Assembly: GCA_965222715.1 (NCBI GenBank)
Contig: OZ244961.1
Span: 548,637 to 612,636 of the forward strand
Direction of reading: 5' to 3'
Length of the DNA: 64,000 nucleotides
Origin: Minisyncoccota bacterium
GTDB lineage: Bacteria > Patescibacteriota > Minisyncoccia > Phycocordibacterales > JABMNX01
Part shown: one piece after another, positions 17,096 through 26,150 of the stretch
Layout of the letters: each line of letters starts with the position of its first letter
How positions within the stretch are numbered: position 1 is the stretch's first letter
Program-made: the position numbers and the translations under genes
Notes under the pieces: generated by a model
Seen by the model: only the letters and a program-made list of their open reading frames with translations
Told to the model about the DNA's origin: nothing
The model's database searches: none

Positions 17096-18589
17096 CTAAA
17101 ACGCAGTAACCCCACGATTAGCCCATCTGCCAGGATCCATATGGTGACATAGTTTCCGTTGCCACGAGACCAACTCATTAATGCTTAAGTGGTCGGTTCG
17201 CATGGTTGGGGTGAACTTTGTAACCAAACTTGAATGCGGATCATCGGGCATTAAACCAGAGCGCTTGTACGCGTCGGTGAGAGGTATCCCGGGGAACGGA
17301 ATCAGTACTGTTGGATTTATTGAGAGACGAACTTCAGGATTTTCTTTTTGAAGAGTCCTCTTTAATTCCGCAAGTGCCTCATCAAGCCGGCTCAAAGATT
17401 CGTGAGAGTCTTCTCGCAGTCCGATAATGACCCCAAAAAGAAGGTCTGGCGCACCAGAGCGAACGATCGCTTTGCACATCTCAACGACACCTCTCCAGTG
17501 CATCAGCTTTTGATAACGCTCAGTTCCCTCAAGTGGTCGCTCAAGTGGAATAAACGCCTGGATGCATTGTTCTCCGTAGACCGCCTGAACCAGCTCCACG
17601 TCCGGAGTCAGATCGCTCTCTTCTCTAATACGGAGGGTGCGATCGATACTGACCCCTTTGGTGAGTTTTGAGATTTCGATGCCGTTACGAAACATCCACG
17701 ACAACCCCCTTTCACGGAACTGTCGCATCGTCTCGAACACAACATCACGACCCCCCTCCCAAAGCAGACGTCCGAGAAACTGGTCGGACATGGTGTTTAC
17801 CGTACGTGCACCAGAGAGACACTGAAGCTCGAGCCACCGCCCCACAACATCAGGAGACATGTAGCTGTAGGAAAGTCCGTACGGGCCATTTCGACGAGTC
17901 ATACAGAAGTCACACGCCTGATCACATCCATAATCGAGCACCAAACTGGTGAATGGAAAGCGATCTTGAGGTAGTGTGTCACGCCACCGATTCTCGAGAA
18001 GTCCACGCACTTGTTCGACTGAAGGAAGTTGCCAGTTGTTTGGAGTGAGTCTCCATGAACCAGCGACCACCTGACCAACGCCTTGTATGTGTGCGCGAAT
18101 CGGTTTCTCAGTTGAACCAGTGAGAGCGATCTCAATTGCACCAGCATTACTTCCGCCACTTTTATCAAGCACAACAACTGTGGCTCCTGCTTGCAGGTAC
18201 CTCTCAGGTTGTGCAATGGCATCAGTTCCACCGACTACGACTTTTTTATTATTTTTTGAGAGAAACTCGATGACCCACAGGACAATCGCCTGCTCCATAT
18301 GAAAATTCGACGTAATACCAAACACGTCGAACTGATCAAGTGGAATGTCTTCAAGTCTCTTGCCTAAGGCAATTGGGTGAAGCTTCTTACCATTCCAAGA
18401 AACCGAATCAAACGCGTGGACGTGGGTACCGTCACGCATACTGAAACGAGTCACAGAATGACCAGCTGCTTCAAGCGACCCAATAAGCGCCTGTGGAGTC
18501 GACCCAATGAGAATTGAGTCTGTAAAGTTTTTTCCTTCATCGTCACGTAAAAGTGCGACGGGAGTCTGAATGAGACATATGTGCGCCAT
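17096..18589 (-). CDS. cobalamin-binding radical SAM enzyme (class B)
   Basis: N-terminal Rossmann-like B12-binding region (ICLIQTP...VVVGGTDAIAQPE), then the radical-SAM cluster motif LDYGCDQACDFCMTRR (CxxxCxxC). The track ORF extends to 18622. Confidence 0.6.
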   Translation of the reverse strand: MAHICLIQTPVALLRDDEGKNFTDSILIGSTPQALIGSLEAAGHSVTRFSMRDGTHVHAFDSVSWNGKKLHPIALGKRLEDIPLDQFDVFGITSNFHMEQAIVLWVIEFLSKNNKKVVVGGTDAIAQPERYLQAGATVVVLDKSGGSNAGAIEIALTGSTEKPIRAHIQGVGQVVAGSWRLTPNNWQLPSVEQVRGLLENRWRDTLPQDRFPFTSLVLDYGCDQACDFCMTRRNGPYGLSYSYMSPDVVGRWLELQCLSGARTVNTMSDQFLGRLLWEGGRDVVFETMRQFRERGLSWMFRNGIEISKLTKGVSIDRTLRIREESDLTPDVELVQAVYGEQCIQAFIPLERPLEGTERYQKLMHWRGVVEMCKAIVRSGAPDLLFGVIIGLREDSHESLSRLDEALAELKRTLQKENPEVRLSINPTVLIPFPGIPLTDAYKRSGLMPDDPHSSLVTKFTPTMRTDHLSINELVSWQRKLCHHMDPGRWANRGVTAF

Positions 18590-18704
18590 TTTTTCACCTC
18601 CTTCCTGAGGATATTCTGGCATATATCTAATATGTTAGTGTAGATGAAACAAATAACGTGTCAATAAAAAAGCGGCGCCACTGGCGCCGCTTGAGTTTCC
18701 GGTA

Positions 18705-19916
18705 CTAGAATCGCACCGAATGAGTGTCACCGCAGATAGTGCAGTAACCCTCATGGTAGTGTGTGGCCAAAAAGACGATGGACCAGCGCGCAACATCCTC
18801 ATCAAGTCCATCAAACGGACACTGGAGGACATCGTGCCATTGGGGCACCATCGACGAGTGGGTCACACGAAAGAGCTCGAGTGCAGGAAAGATGAACGGT
18901 TCATACGGAGCGCCTTCTTTTGGAAAGTGAAGGTTTTCGTCAGAAGAACCGAATCGGAACCCTTGAGCGTTTTCTCCGAGCATAATGTCCCAACTACCTG
19001 GGTCGAAGTGTGGACGACAGAGTGACATCTTCCCAGTTCTCGGGTCAACATCTGCGTAGGGGTACCTGAAGAAAGAGACGGACGAGCGCGACTTCTTTCC
19101 TTCCGGGAAGAAGGTATTCACAAGGTTGGGAAAAGTAGCACTCATTGTCTCGATCACATCCCTAAATGCACACTCTGCATCTTCGTACAGTACCCGGGCG
19201 GCTTCCGCAAATGCTTGAGCTTCGGGATACTGCTCCATCTCAGAAGCAAAGACCTCTTCAAACCCAGGTCCGTACATGAATTGGGCCTGTGTTGGACGAC
19301 CCATTTCTTTTTGTGGGACTGAGCGAAACCCAATCTCTTCACAGAGATGAGAGGGAGCTGATCCTTCAGGCAAGACAAAAGATTGCATCACTTCGATCGG
19401 CAGCTGAAGAAACTCAACAAACGCTTCTCCGGCCCTCGTTGCGTTTTGAGGGTTGCCCAGTTGAACGGGCGCGCAACCTTCCTCAAGAATCGCTTGAGTA
19501 ACAGGGTCGTTCACCAGGAGATCTGATTCGGGAAGGAGGAAGTTTGCAGATGGAGGAGTAATCTCTCCACCAGCCAAAATCCATCCGCGAACCCCATCAG
19601 TGACCTGAATCACGTCTTCGTACCCATGTTCAAGAAGCGCAAAGGCAGCCATATAGGCAAGCCCGCACCCAGACTGCTCTGAGAACACGAAGATTCGAGC
19701 GCTCTTCGGTACGTTAAGCAGCATGAAACGTTCCATGAAAGAGTTTCTGCTGCTTCCCTTGAAAATGGAGCCGTACCAGACATTGTGCGCACCAGGAATA
19801 TGGTGCGCACGGAAGGCAGATTCTCGACTGGCGTCGATAATGACATCAGAGTCTTTTACATCGGCAAGAACCGATTGTGCAGACCACGTCTTTGGCGTAA
19901 CCGGTGCTGTAGTCAT
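18705..19916 (-). CDS. fusion protein: N-terminal rhodanese + C-terminal 2OG/Fe(II)-oxygenase-like domain
   Basis: Rhodanese part AHHIPGAHNV...IFVFSEQSGCGLAYMAAFALLEHGYEDV...GVRGW, near-identical in pattern to the 13288-13662 rhodanese. Oxygenase part RPHFDPG (HxD) ... HDVLQCPFDGLDEDVARWSIVF (H-x10-RxS spacing as in ACC oxidase), C-terminus CTICGDTH. Confidence 0.6.
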   Translation of the reverse strand: MTTAPVTPKTWSAQSVLADVKDSDVIIDASRESAFRAHHIPGAHNVWYGSIFKGSSRNSFMERFMLLNVPKSARIFVFSEQSGCGLAYMAAFALLEHGYEDVIQVTDGVRGWILAGGEITPPSANFLLPESDLLVNDPVTQAILEEGCAPVQLGNPQNATRAGEAFVEFLQLPIEVMQSFVLPEGSAPSHLCEEIGFRSVPQKEMGRPTQAQFMYGPGFEEVFASEMEQYPEAQAFAEAARVLYEDAECAFRDVIETMSATFPNLVNTFFPEGKKSRSSVSFFRYPYADVDPRTGKMSLCRPHFDPGSWDIMLGENAQGFRFGSSDENLHFPKEGAPYEPFIFPALELFRVTHSSMVPQWHDVLQCPFDGLDEDVARWSIVFLATHYHEGYCTICGDTHSVRF

Positions 19917-20084
19917 GTGTAAACCTCTTTTTCATCTAGTTATTGCACATAGTAGCATCGCACCTCTAACCAAGAGTATTGATGCTTCTATTTCTAAAAA
20001 CCAGTATCTTGTTATTTTGTATAAAAGTCAATTACACCAGCCACATTGCGAAAGCGTCTATGCAGTGGCATCATACACACTACT

Positions 20085-20882
20085 ATGGAGATAGATTCCT
20101 CACACCCATACACACTCATTGAAAACATACGTAACGAGAAACACGCGACGTTATATAAGGACCTTTGGGGTGACACAACATATACTCACCTCATGGATGT
20201 CCCCCAACTTCACTGGAAAGATTTAGTAATGTGCCCTTTTAAAAAACGATTGTATCGAGATGATAATCATTTTGTACATATTGCATACAAAGATGATGAG
20301 GCCTGTCTTATCGCAAGAACAACAAAAGATATTGTCCACGAACTATATGGAGATACGAGTAAAAAAAGACCACTTGTAGCATTTCATTACCGACACCACA
20401 CAATAGAAAAAAGTGAGTGGTTTTATGAACACAATCTATTACCCCTTCCTGCTATTGATGACCTACATGCAGCAGTTGAAATTGCACGAATGTATGAAGT
20501 AGATACCCTCACCTGTGACACCCGTAGTCTCATGCAACTACAAACACATTTGCATAAACTACCCCTCACATCTGTGTACGTGGTAGATACTTTTTTTGAT
20601 GAAGAGGTAATAAAAAATATCTCTTCAAAATACGAAATAAGACTAATACTTGCACTTCCAGAAACTGGAACATTGGCGGTAAGTTGTCCAGAGAATACTC
20701 CAGGAAGCTATTTTCACCCCCACCACTCTACCATCCTTGAATATGGAAAATCACTTATAGCAACACGAAATGTATTGCTTCCAACACCAATTATTCGCTA
20801 CAACACTGGTATACCAACACAGAAAATTCAGGAAAGTATCTGTAGCTGCAACAGTAAAGAAACATTTACACTTCATGCATAA
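20085..20882 (+). CDS. PaaK/F390-synthetase-like paralog lacking the P-loop (hypothetical)
   Basis: C-terminal LLPTPIIRYNTGI...CSCNSKETFTLHA parallels YRTGDKGEL...CECGEKKTLIFHG of the downstream gene. No SGGTSG motif. Confidence 0.4.
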   Translation: MEIDSSHPYTLIENIRNEKHATLYKDLWGDTTYTHLMDVPQLHWKDLVMCPFKKRLYRDDNHFVHIAYKDDEACLIARTTKDIVHELYGDTSKKRPLVAFHYRHHTIEKSEWFYEHNLLPLPAIDDLHAAVEIARMYEVDTLTCDTRSLMQLQTHLHKLPLTSVYVVDTFFDEEVIKNISSKYEIRLILALPETGTLAVSCPENTPGSYFHPHHSTILEYGKSLIATRNVLLPTPIIRYNTGIPTQKIQESICSCNSKETFTLHA

Positions 20883-22011
20883 AGTAATATGTACAACAAA
20901 AAAAGATATTGAAGGGACTATTGTTGGATTGGATCAATATAAGCCAGGAGATGCGTCAGTAAAAGACCTCACACTTAAAGTAAGTGGTGGCACAAGCGGC
21001 GTACTTACTGTAGTTGTTGAGCAAAATGCAGTTGAGAGAAAGAAGAGACATTACACAGACAAAGCTCATGCACTCATACGACTTGGTGGGCAACGTACAA
21101 GCGCACTATCTGGCACGAATTTACTACTTCGTTACGCATCACACACTCGAGTACTTGCAATTGATGCAAAAGATTTGAGGCACCCAGCAATTGGCCACGC
21201 ATTAGCTGGGTTTGCCCCAACCGAACTCTATAGCATCCCGCTCTCTTTTTTAAGGACTGTTATGTACACACTGCGATTACACGATATGTCGTGGGCATTT
21301 CGTCGTGTGCGTTACATTCTATACTCAGGAGAATGGACAAGCGCAAAAGAAAAAGAAGAGATTCTTAAAGATTTTCCTAAACTTGAAGAAAGTGTTGATG
21401 AGTATGGATCAGCTGAGGCTGGACCGTATGCTGTGAGTTGTAAACATTTATCAAAAAAATATGAAAAAGAAGGACTCTTAGTATTTCATCCACACGAATC
21501 TGTTGGCTTATGGATTGATGGAGACAAAGGAGGTGGTGAAATTATTATATCTACTAATGAATTAAAAAATTACAGAACGGGAGATAAAGGAGAATTGAGA
21601 GAAGAGAAATGTGAATGCGGAGAAAAGAAGACATTAATATTTCATGGTCGCATCAATACCGATTACGTAGATTGTGCCGGTGCTATTTTTTCTATTAAAG
21701 ACCTCGAGCATGTCTTTAATTATTTATCAGATATTGTTTCCGACTACCAAATTATAGTGAGAGAACATATTGAAAACAAAACACCAAAAGGAAGTGTACA
21801 TATAAAGTTTGTACCAACAAGGGCGTATAAGAATCATTCAGATGTAACTACGTATGTTACTGAATTTGTACACAAACATCTTGCTGTAACCCCAACACGT
21901 ACACTTGGCGAGCTGGTTGAGCAAAAGATATTTACCCCAACAACAGCAGAAATAGTTTCTTCAATCTCAAAAAAGACTGATAAACGTGAAAGAATAAAGA
22001 AAGAAATTTAA
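20875..22011 (+). CDS. adenylate-forming enzyme, phenylacetate-CoA ligase (PaaK)/coenzyme F390 synthetase family
   Basis: VSGGTSGVLTVV (SGGTSGxP-type P-loop), YGSAEAGPYAVSC, YRTGDKGEL and GRINTDYVDCAGAIF blocks as in PaaK. Start ATG at 20875 overlaps the upstream stop (ATGCATAA), i.e. translational coupling. Confidence 0.55.
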   Translation: MHKVICTTKKDIEGTIVGLDQYKPGDASVKDLTLKVSGGTSGVLTVVVEQNAVERKKRHYTDKAHALIRLGGQRTSALSGTNLLLRYASHTRVLAIDAKDLRHPAIGHALAGFAPTELYSIPLSFLRTVMYTLRLHDMSWAFRRVRYILYSGEWTSAKEKEEILKDFPKLEESVDEYGSAEAGPYAVSCKHLSKKYEKEGLLVFHPHESVGLWIDGDKGGGEIIISTNELKNYRTGDKGELREEKCECGEKKTLIFHGRINTDYVDCAGAIFSIKDLEHVFNYLSDIVSDYQIIVREHIENKTPKGSVHIKFVPTRAYKNHSDVTTYVTEFVHKHLAVTPTRTLGELVEQKIFTPTTAEIVSSISKKTDKRERIKKEI

Positions 22012-22083
22012 AAACTCTTAACCTTATACTTTCGAGTCCTTCAACTAAAATGAACATACTGACTTTCGCCAGCATGTTCATCT

Positions 22084-22168
22084 TGGTGCCCAGGGCGGGA
22101 CTCGAACCCGCATGCACTAAGTGCCACGGCCCTCAACCGTGTGTGTATACCAGTTCCACCACCTGGGC
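22084..22168 (-). tRNA. tRNA-Leu (GAG), type II with long variable arm, CCA encoded
   Basis: rc reads GCCCAGGTGGTGGAACTGGTATACACACACGGTTGAGGGCCGTGGCACTTAGTGCATGCGGGTTCGAGTCCCGCCCTGGGCACCA. Anticodon loop TTGAGGG. Confidence 0.8.
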
Positions 22169-22190
22169 ATATACACGAGTAAGAGTAATA

Positions 22191-22781
22191 CTACTCTGTT
22201 TTCTTTTTCTCTTCCACCTCTTCTGCCTTTTCCTCCTTCTGTTCTTCTACTGATTCCTCTTTTTCTTGAGAGTTCTCAGTATTTTCTACTGAAGAATCTT
22301 GAACTTCTTCTTTTTTATCCTCAACTTCTTGAGAAGCTGCCTCTTCTGCTTTCTTTTCTGCTTCTTCAGCTTGCGCCTTGTCTTCTGTGTCAGAGCTTGA
22401 TGCAAGGTTCACCAGTTGCATTTTACGCATCTGTCGCTTAATTTCACGAGCAACTTTTTCACGAATATGATATAGCTTTGCGCGGCGCACCTTTGAACGG
22501 CGAACAATCTCAATTTTATCAATCATAGGAGAATAGAGTGGGAATATTTTTTCAATACCTACACCACCTGAAACACGACGAACAGTAAATGTTGCTCCTG
22601 GCTCATTGCCGTGCTTTCGAGCAAGCACCAAACCTTCAAACGCCTGGAGTCGTGTTTTTCCTTTTTCTTCAATTTTCTGCCACACACGAACCGTATCCCC
22701 GACGCGGATGCCGAGGTCTTTACGATTTTCCATATTTACTGGAGAGATAACTACTCCTTTATGTGCAGTTGCGTTTGCCAT
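22191..22781 (-). CDS. rplS: 50S ribosomal protein L19 with ~80-aa acidic/lysine-rich C-terminal extension
   Basis: [60 protein letters not shown] matches L19. The C-terminus is a low-complexity E/K/A tail. Confidence 0.85.
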   Translation of the reverse strand: MANATAHKGVVISPVNMENRKDLGIRVGDTVRVWQKIEEKGKTRLQAFEGLVLARKHGNEPGATFTVRRVSGGVGIEKIFPLYSPMIDKIEIVRRSKVRRAKLYHIREKVAREIKRQMRKMQLVNLASSSDTEDKAQAEEAEKKAEEAASQEVEDKKEEVQDSSVENTENSQEKEESVEEQKEEKAEEVEEKKKTE

Positions 22782-22836
22782 ATAAATTTAATGACTAGAA
22801 CTGTACCATAGCCGTTAGCACTCTGCAATATTTACC

Positions 22837-23577
22837 CTACTCAATACCAAGAAGGTTGAGGGCATTATTAAAGTCCTCTGGTAGTGGCGCTTTAACAGTT
22901 TTTCGCTCACCACTCGGGAGATCAAAGGAAATTGTGTGCGCATGAAGTGCTGGTCGCTCAAACCCAAGAATACATTCTTTTTTGGGTGCGTAGATGTGAT
23001 CACACACAATCGGGTGGTGAATAGCTTTAAGGTGTACCCGAATCTGATGCGTTCTTCCAGTTTTAGGGCTAACCGACATATAACTTAATAATTCGCCACT
23101 CTTTGGGTCGGTTATTCGATTAAGAAGATGCCACTCGGTTACAGCAGCCCGAAGTGTTCCTCGTTTACCAGAAAGTGCCGTCCATTTGCGTGGCTTTTTT
23201 TTGGTACGACCAATTTCCATATCAATAACACCCCTGTCTTCTTTTGCTTGCCCATAGACAAAGGCTCGATACTCTTTTTCAAGAGAACGGGCTTGAAACT
23301 GTTTTTTAATAAATTGGTGAGACTCTTGTGACCGTACAAGTATCAAAGCCCCTGAGGTGGTGCGATCAAGTCGGTGTACAATGCCTGGTCGAGAAATGTG
23401 CACTCCTTGCGGGCTGATACCATCTTCTCCAACACCAATCATTTCTGGATAGTGCTCTTTCACCCAATCAACAACTGACGACTCTTCGTTTCTCCCATCA
23501 AAATGCACAATAAGCCCCGCTGGCTTATTGATCACCACCACGTCCTTATCTTCATAGAGTATTTCAATAGATGACAT
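22837..23577 (-). CDS. RluA-family pseudouridine synthase
   Basis: VVINKPAGLIVH and catalytic HRLDRTTSGALIL. Confidence 0.8.
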   Translation of the reverse strand: MSSIEILYEDKDVVVINKPAGLIVHFDGRNEESSVVDWVKEHYPEMIGVGEDGISPQGVHISRPGIVHRLDRTTSGALILVRSQESHQFIKKQFQARSLEKEYRAFVYGQAKEDRGVIDMEIGRTKKKPRKWTALSGKRGTLRAAVTEWHLLNRITDPKSGELLSYMSVSPKTGRTHQIRVHLKAIHHPIVCDHIYAPKKECILGFERPALHAHTISFDLPSGERKTVKAPLPEDFNNALNLLGIE

Positions 23578-23589
23578 ACGTTACCCACA

Positions 23590-24276
23590 TTACTTACCCA
23601 TACGTCTTTCACGAGACGCAAACTCAGTAAGCATTGATGTGAATTCTTCGTGTGAAAAATCTGGCCAAAATGTATCTGAAAAAAATAGCTCACTATAGGT
23701 GCCTTGCCACGGTAAAAAATTTGAGAGTCGCTTTTCACCACCAGTACGAAGAATAATGTCAGGGTCAGGTACTGTTGCGGTCCAAAGATGTTTTTTAAAC
23801 ATGTCTTCACGTATTTCCCCACCTTCTTTCATGCACTCATTTGCAGCGTGTATGATCTCAGCTCTCCCCCCATATGACGCGGCAATAACGACTGTGTACT
23901 CAGTGTTGTTCTTGGTCTCTTCCATAAGGGTGCGCATCATCTCTTCTAAATCAGTAGGAAACTGCGAAAGGTCCCCAGCAAATATAATGCGCACTTTTTC
24001 TTCCTTTAGTCGTTCTGTCTGCTCTTTAATAATGGTTCGAAACAAATCGAGAAGGTAAGACACCTCTTCTTTAGATCGTTTCCAGTTCTCAGTTGAAAGA
24101 GCGTAAAAAATGAGGTTGTGCACACCCGCTTCTTTTGCCCAATCAAGTACCTCCTTAAATTTTTCATACCCTCGACGGTGCCCCTCAAGAGTTGGGAGTC
24201 CTTTTTCACGTGCCCAGCGACGGTTTCCATCCATTATTAAACCAATACATTGAGGCACTCGTGTTTCATGTTGCAT
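23590..24276 (-). CDS. uppS: isoprenyl transferase (undecaprenyl-diphosphate synthase)
   Basis: IGLIMDGNRRWAREKGLP and FYALSTENWKRSKEEV. Confidence 0.85.
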   Translation of the reverse strand: MQHETRVPQCIGLIMDGNRRWAREKGLPTLEGHRRGYEKFKEVLDWAKEAGVHNLIFYALSTENWKRSKEEVSYLLDLFRTIIKEQTERLKEEKVRIIFAGDLSQFPTDLEEMMRTLMEETKNNTEYTVVIAASYGGRAEIIHAANECMKEGGEIREDMFKKHLWTATVPDPDIILRTGGEKRLSNFLPWQGTYSELFFSDTFWPDFSHEEFTSMLTEFASRERRMGK

Positions 24277-24295
24277 AAGGATTCAGTATACCTAA

Positions 24296-24568
24296 CTAAT
24301 ATATAATAGAAAAACTATCGAACTTACTCGAAGGTTCCCTCCACTCTGTTTCAACACGTACCACTCGAGCAAGAAAAGGACCTTTGTGAAGATGTTCGAG
24401 TAACTTTTCAAGCTTTGCTTCACTCCCCTGCGCAATTACCTCAACTGTTCCATCGTCAAGATTCTCAACAGTTCCACGAAGTCCTAATATCCGAGCGTGG
24501 CGTTGTACAAAATCACGAAACATGACCATTTGGACTTTCCCAGAAACAATAGCTTTTATTTCTTTCAT
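24296..24568 (-). CDS. acyP: acylphosphatase
   Basis: IVSGKVQMVMFRDFVQRHARILGLRGTVENLDDGTVEV matches VxGxVQGVxFR...GWVxNxxDGxVE. Start at the internal Met MKEIKAIV. Confidence 0.75.
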   Translation of the reverse strand: MKEIKAIVSGKVQMVMFRDFVQRHARILGLRGTVENLDDGTVEVIAQGSEAKLEKLLEHLHKGPFLARVVRVETEWREPSSKFDSFSIIY

Positions 24569-24586
24569 TACTGTATGTATTACCAT

Positions 24587-24614
24587 AAAACGGCTCAAAA
24601 AGTGAGCCGTTTTA
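24587..24614. terminator. bidirectional rho-independent terminator
   Basis: aaaa-cggctca-aaaag-tgagccg-tttta. Confidence 0.6.
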
Positions 24615-24616
24615 TG

Positions 24617-24640
24617 ATTTTGTGGGCGATGAGGGACTTG
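24617..24640. repeat. echo of tRNA-Val 3' end plus 6-nt trailer, direct repeat
   Basis: attttgtgggcgatgagggacttg is identical to 24781-24804 (the last 18 nt of tRNA-Val plus its trailer), 147 bp downstream of the tRNA 3' end. Confidence 0.7.
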
Positions 24641-24786
24641 GTGTCAGCTCACATCACTATTTTAGTACGCTGCGCTTCTAAAATAGTGTGTGGCTCCTAC
24701 CCGATCTCCCTCGCCTTCGGCTCAGTCCGATGTTCAAGTCCGCTCGCAAATTAAAACAGCATAACCAAAGTTATACTGTTTTAATT

Positions 24787-24860
24787 TTGTGGGCGATGAG
24801 GGACTTGAACCCCCGACCTTTTCGGTGTAAACGAACTGCTCTAGCCAACTGAGCTAATCG
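24787..24860 (-). tRNA. tRNA-Val (TAC)
   Basis: rc reads GGGCGATTAGCTCAGTTGGCTAGAGCAGTTCGTTTACACCGAAAAGGTCGGGGGTTCAAGTCCCTCATCGCCCA. Anticodon loop TTTACAC. CCA not encoded. Confidence 0.8.
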
Positions 24861-24988
24861 CCCTTATGTACCTCTTATGTACCTAAACCAAGCTCTTAAC
24901 CTGTTTTAACCTGGTAGATATAGAGTATATATAAAAAATCTTAAAATTCAATGTATGTTTAATACTTTTTTATATACCATGTGGTAGA

Positions 24989-26098
24989 GTGTATAGTATG
25001 CATATCCTTTCTAGAGACGAACGAAAAGCAACTCTTGTACTCCTAATAATCGGCTTATTTGTATTTTTAGGTGCAACACTACTTTATGATACAAATTTCC
25101 AAAATATTTCTAGCGCTTCAGAAAAAAAAGAAAGTTACACGAAAGTATATACCACCTCCTACCCAGAAAATGCGCAGAAGAAAATACGCTGGATGATTGC
25201 ACATGCCCCTGAAACATATTTTCTTGAAGCAGCAACAACATTTAAAAACATTATTGAACAAGAGTCAGGGGGTACTATAACTGTTGAAATTAGTACTTTT
25301 GATGATACTGTTTCTGAAAGTGAACAGGATGATTTTCGTGCAACTGCAATTGAAAAACTTCGTTTAGGAGAGACCGATATGATGCAGACATACATATCTG
25401 ATGGCCTCACTGAAATAGAATCAAAATTGATGGTCTTAGAGTTACCTAGACTCTTTAGAGACTATGAACATATTAACCGTGTAGTTGAAGGAGAGATTGG
25501 AGAAGAGTTACTTTCAGGATTAGAGGGCAGTGAATTTACTGGACTCGCTTTTACCTTTAGCGGTGGTTTCGTTTCATTTTTCTCAAAAGACCCCAGTGTG
25601 ACTAACCTTGACTCGTTGAAAGGAAGAGAAACACCACAGGAAAGCGGTGGCCTACTTGGTAAAAGATTTCACGAAATACTTGGAATGAAACTTACTGACA
25701 AAGAATCAATAAATCGAGAAACTCATGTGTCACGAGCAATTTATACTGATTTCTTTGGAAACAATGACTACTATACAGAAGACCGAGAACAACAGTCATT
25801 TCTACACTCAAATCACGCAGTACTATTTACCGTATTGGTAATGAATAGTGATTTCTTTAACTCACTCACACCAGAAGAGCAAAGTATTGTCACTCGCGCA
25901 GCAAAAATAGCTGCACAAAAAGAACGTAAAGAGATTGAATCTGACGAATACCGATTTATGGCCAGTGATCGAAACAGGTGGGTACACACACTTTCATCAA
26001 AAGATGAAAGACGGCTTGATGAAATTAGAGAACAACTTGTTTCTGAATTTTCAGAATACTTCTCCCCTGCCCTTGTTGAGAGAATTAAAAACCTTTAA
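24989..26098 (+). CDS. TRAP-type (DctP-like) solute-binding protein, orphan, membrane-anchored
   Basis: N-terminal signal anchor. DctP-like blocks (EQESGGTITVEI; LRLGETDMMQT; LELPRLFRDYEHINRV; HSNHAVLFTVLVMNSDFFNSLTPEEQSIV). No adjacent DctQ/M genes. Confidence 0.45.
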   Translation: MYSMHILSRDERKATLVLLIIGLFVFLGATLLYDTNFQNISSASEKKESYTKVYTTSYPENAQKKIRWMIAHAPETYFLEAATTFKNIIEQESGGTITVEISTFDDTVSESEQDDFRATAIEKLRLGETDMMQTYISDGLTEIESKLMVLELPRLFRDYEHINRVVEGEIGEELLSGLEGSEFTGLAFTFSGGFVSFFSKDPSVTNLDSLKGRETPQESGGLLGKRFHEILGMKLTDKESINRETHVSRAIYTDFFGNNDYYTEDREQQSFLHSNHAVLFTVLVMNSDFFNSLTPEEQSIVTRAAKIAAQKERKEIESDEYRFMASDRNRWVHTLSSKDERRLDEIREQLVSEFSEYFSPALVERIKNL

Positions 26099-26134
26099 CT
26101 CTATAGTACAAAACACCAGCTTCTGTGAGTGTTT

Positions 26135-26150
26135 TAATTTTGATGTCCCC
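26135..26150. repeat. degenerate echo of tRNA-Arg(TCT) 3' end
   Basis: gtccccgcgaggaatc versus tRNA gcccccacgaggaatc (14/16), with the preceding ttttg also shared. 158 bp downstream of the tRNA 3' end. Confidence 0.5.

Noticed and set aside
17402-18302. Plus-strand ORFs inside the radical-SAM gene
   Set aside because: Antisense ORFs in GC-rich coding DNA without SD or motifs.
22028-22081. tttcgagtcc and an atgaacat/atgttcat inverted repeat downstream of tRNA-Leu as a sixth echo
   Set aside because: The T-arm-like string is in the wrong orientation and too short. No acceptor-stem copy.
22050-22441. Plus-strand ORFs 22050-22253 and 22121-22441
   Set aside because: They overlap tRNA-Leu and the antisense of the rplS low-complexity tail.
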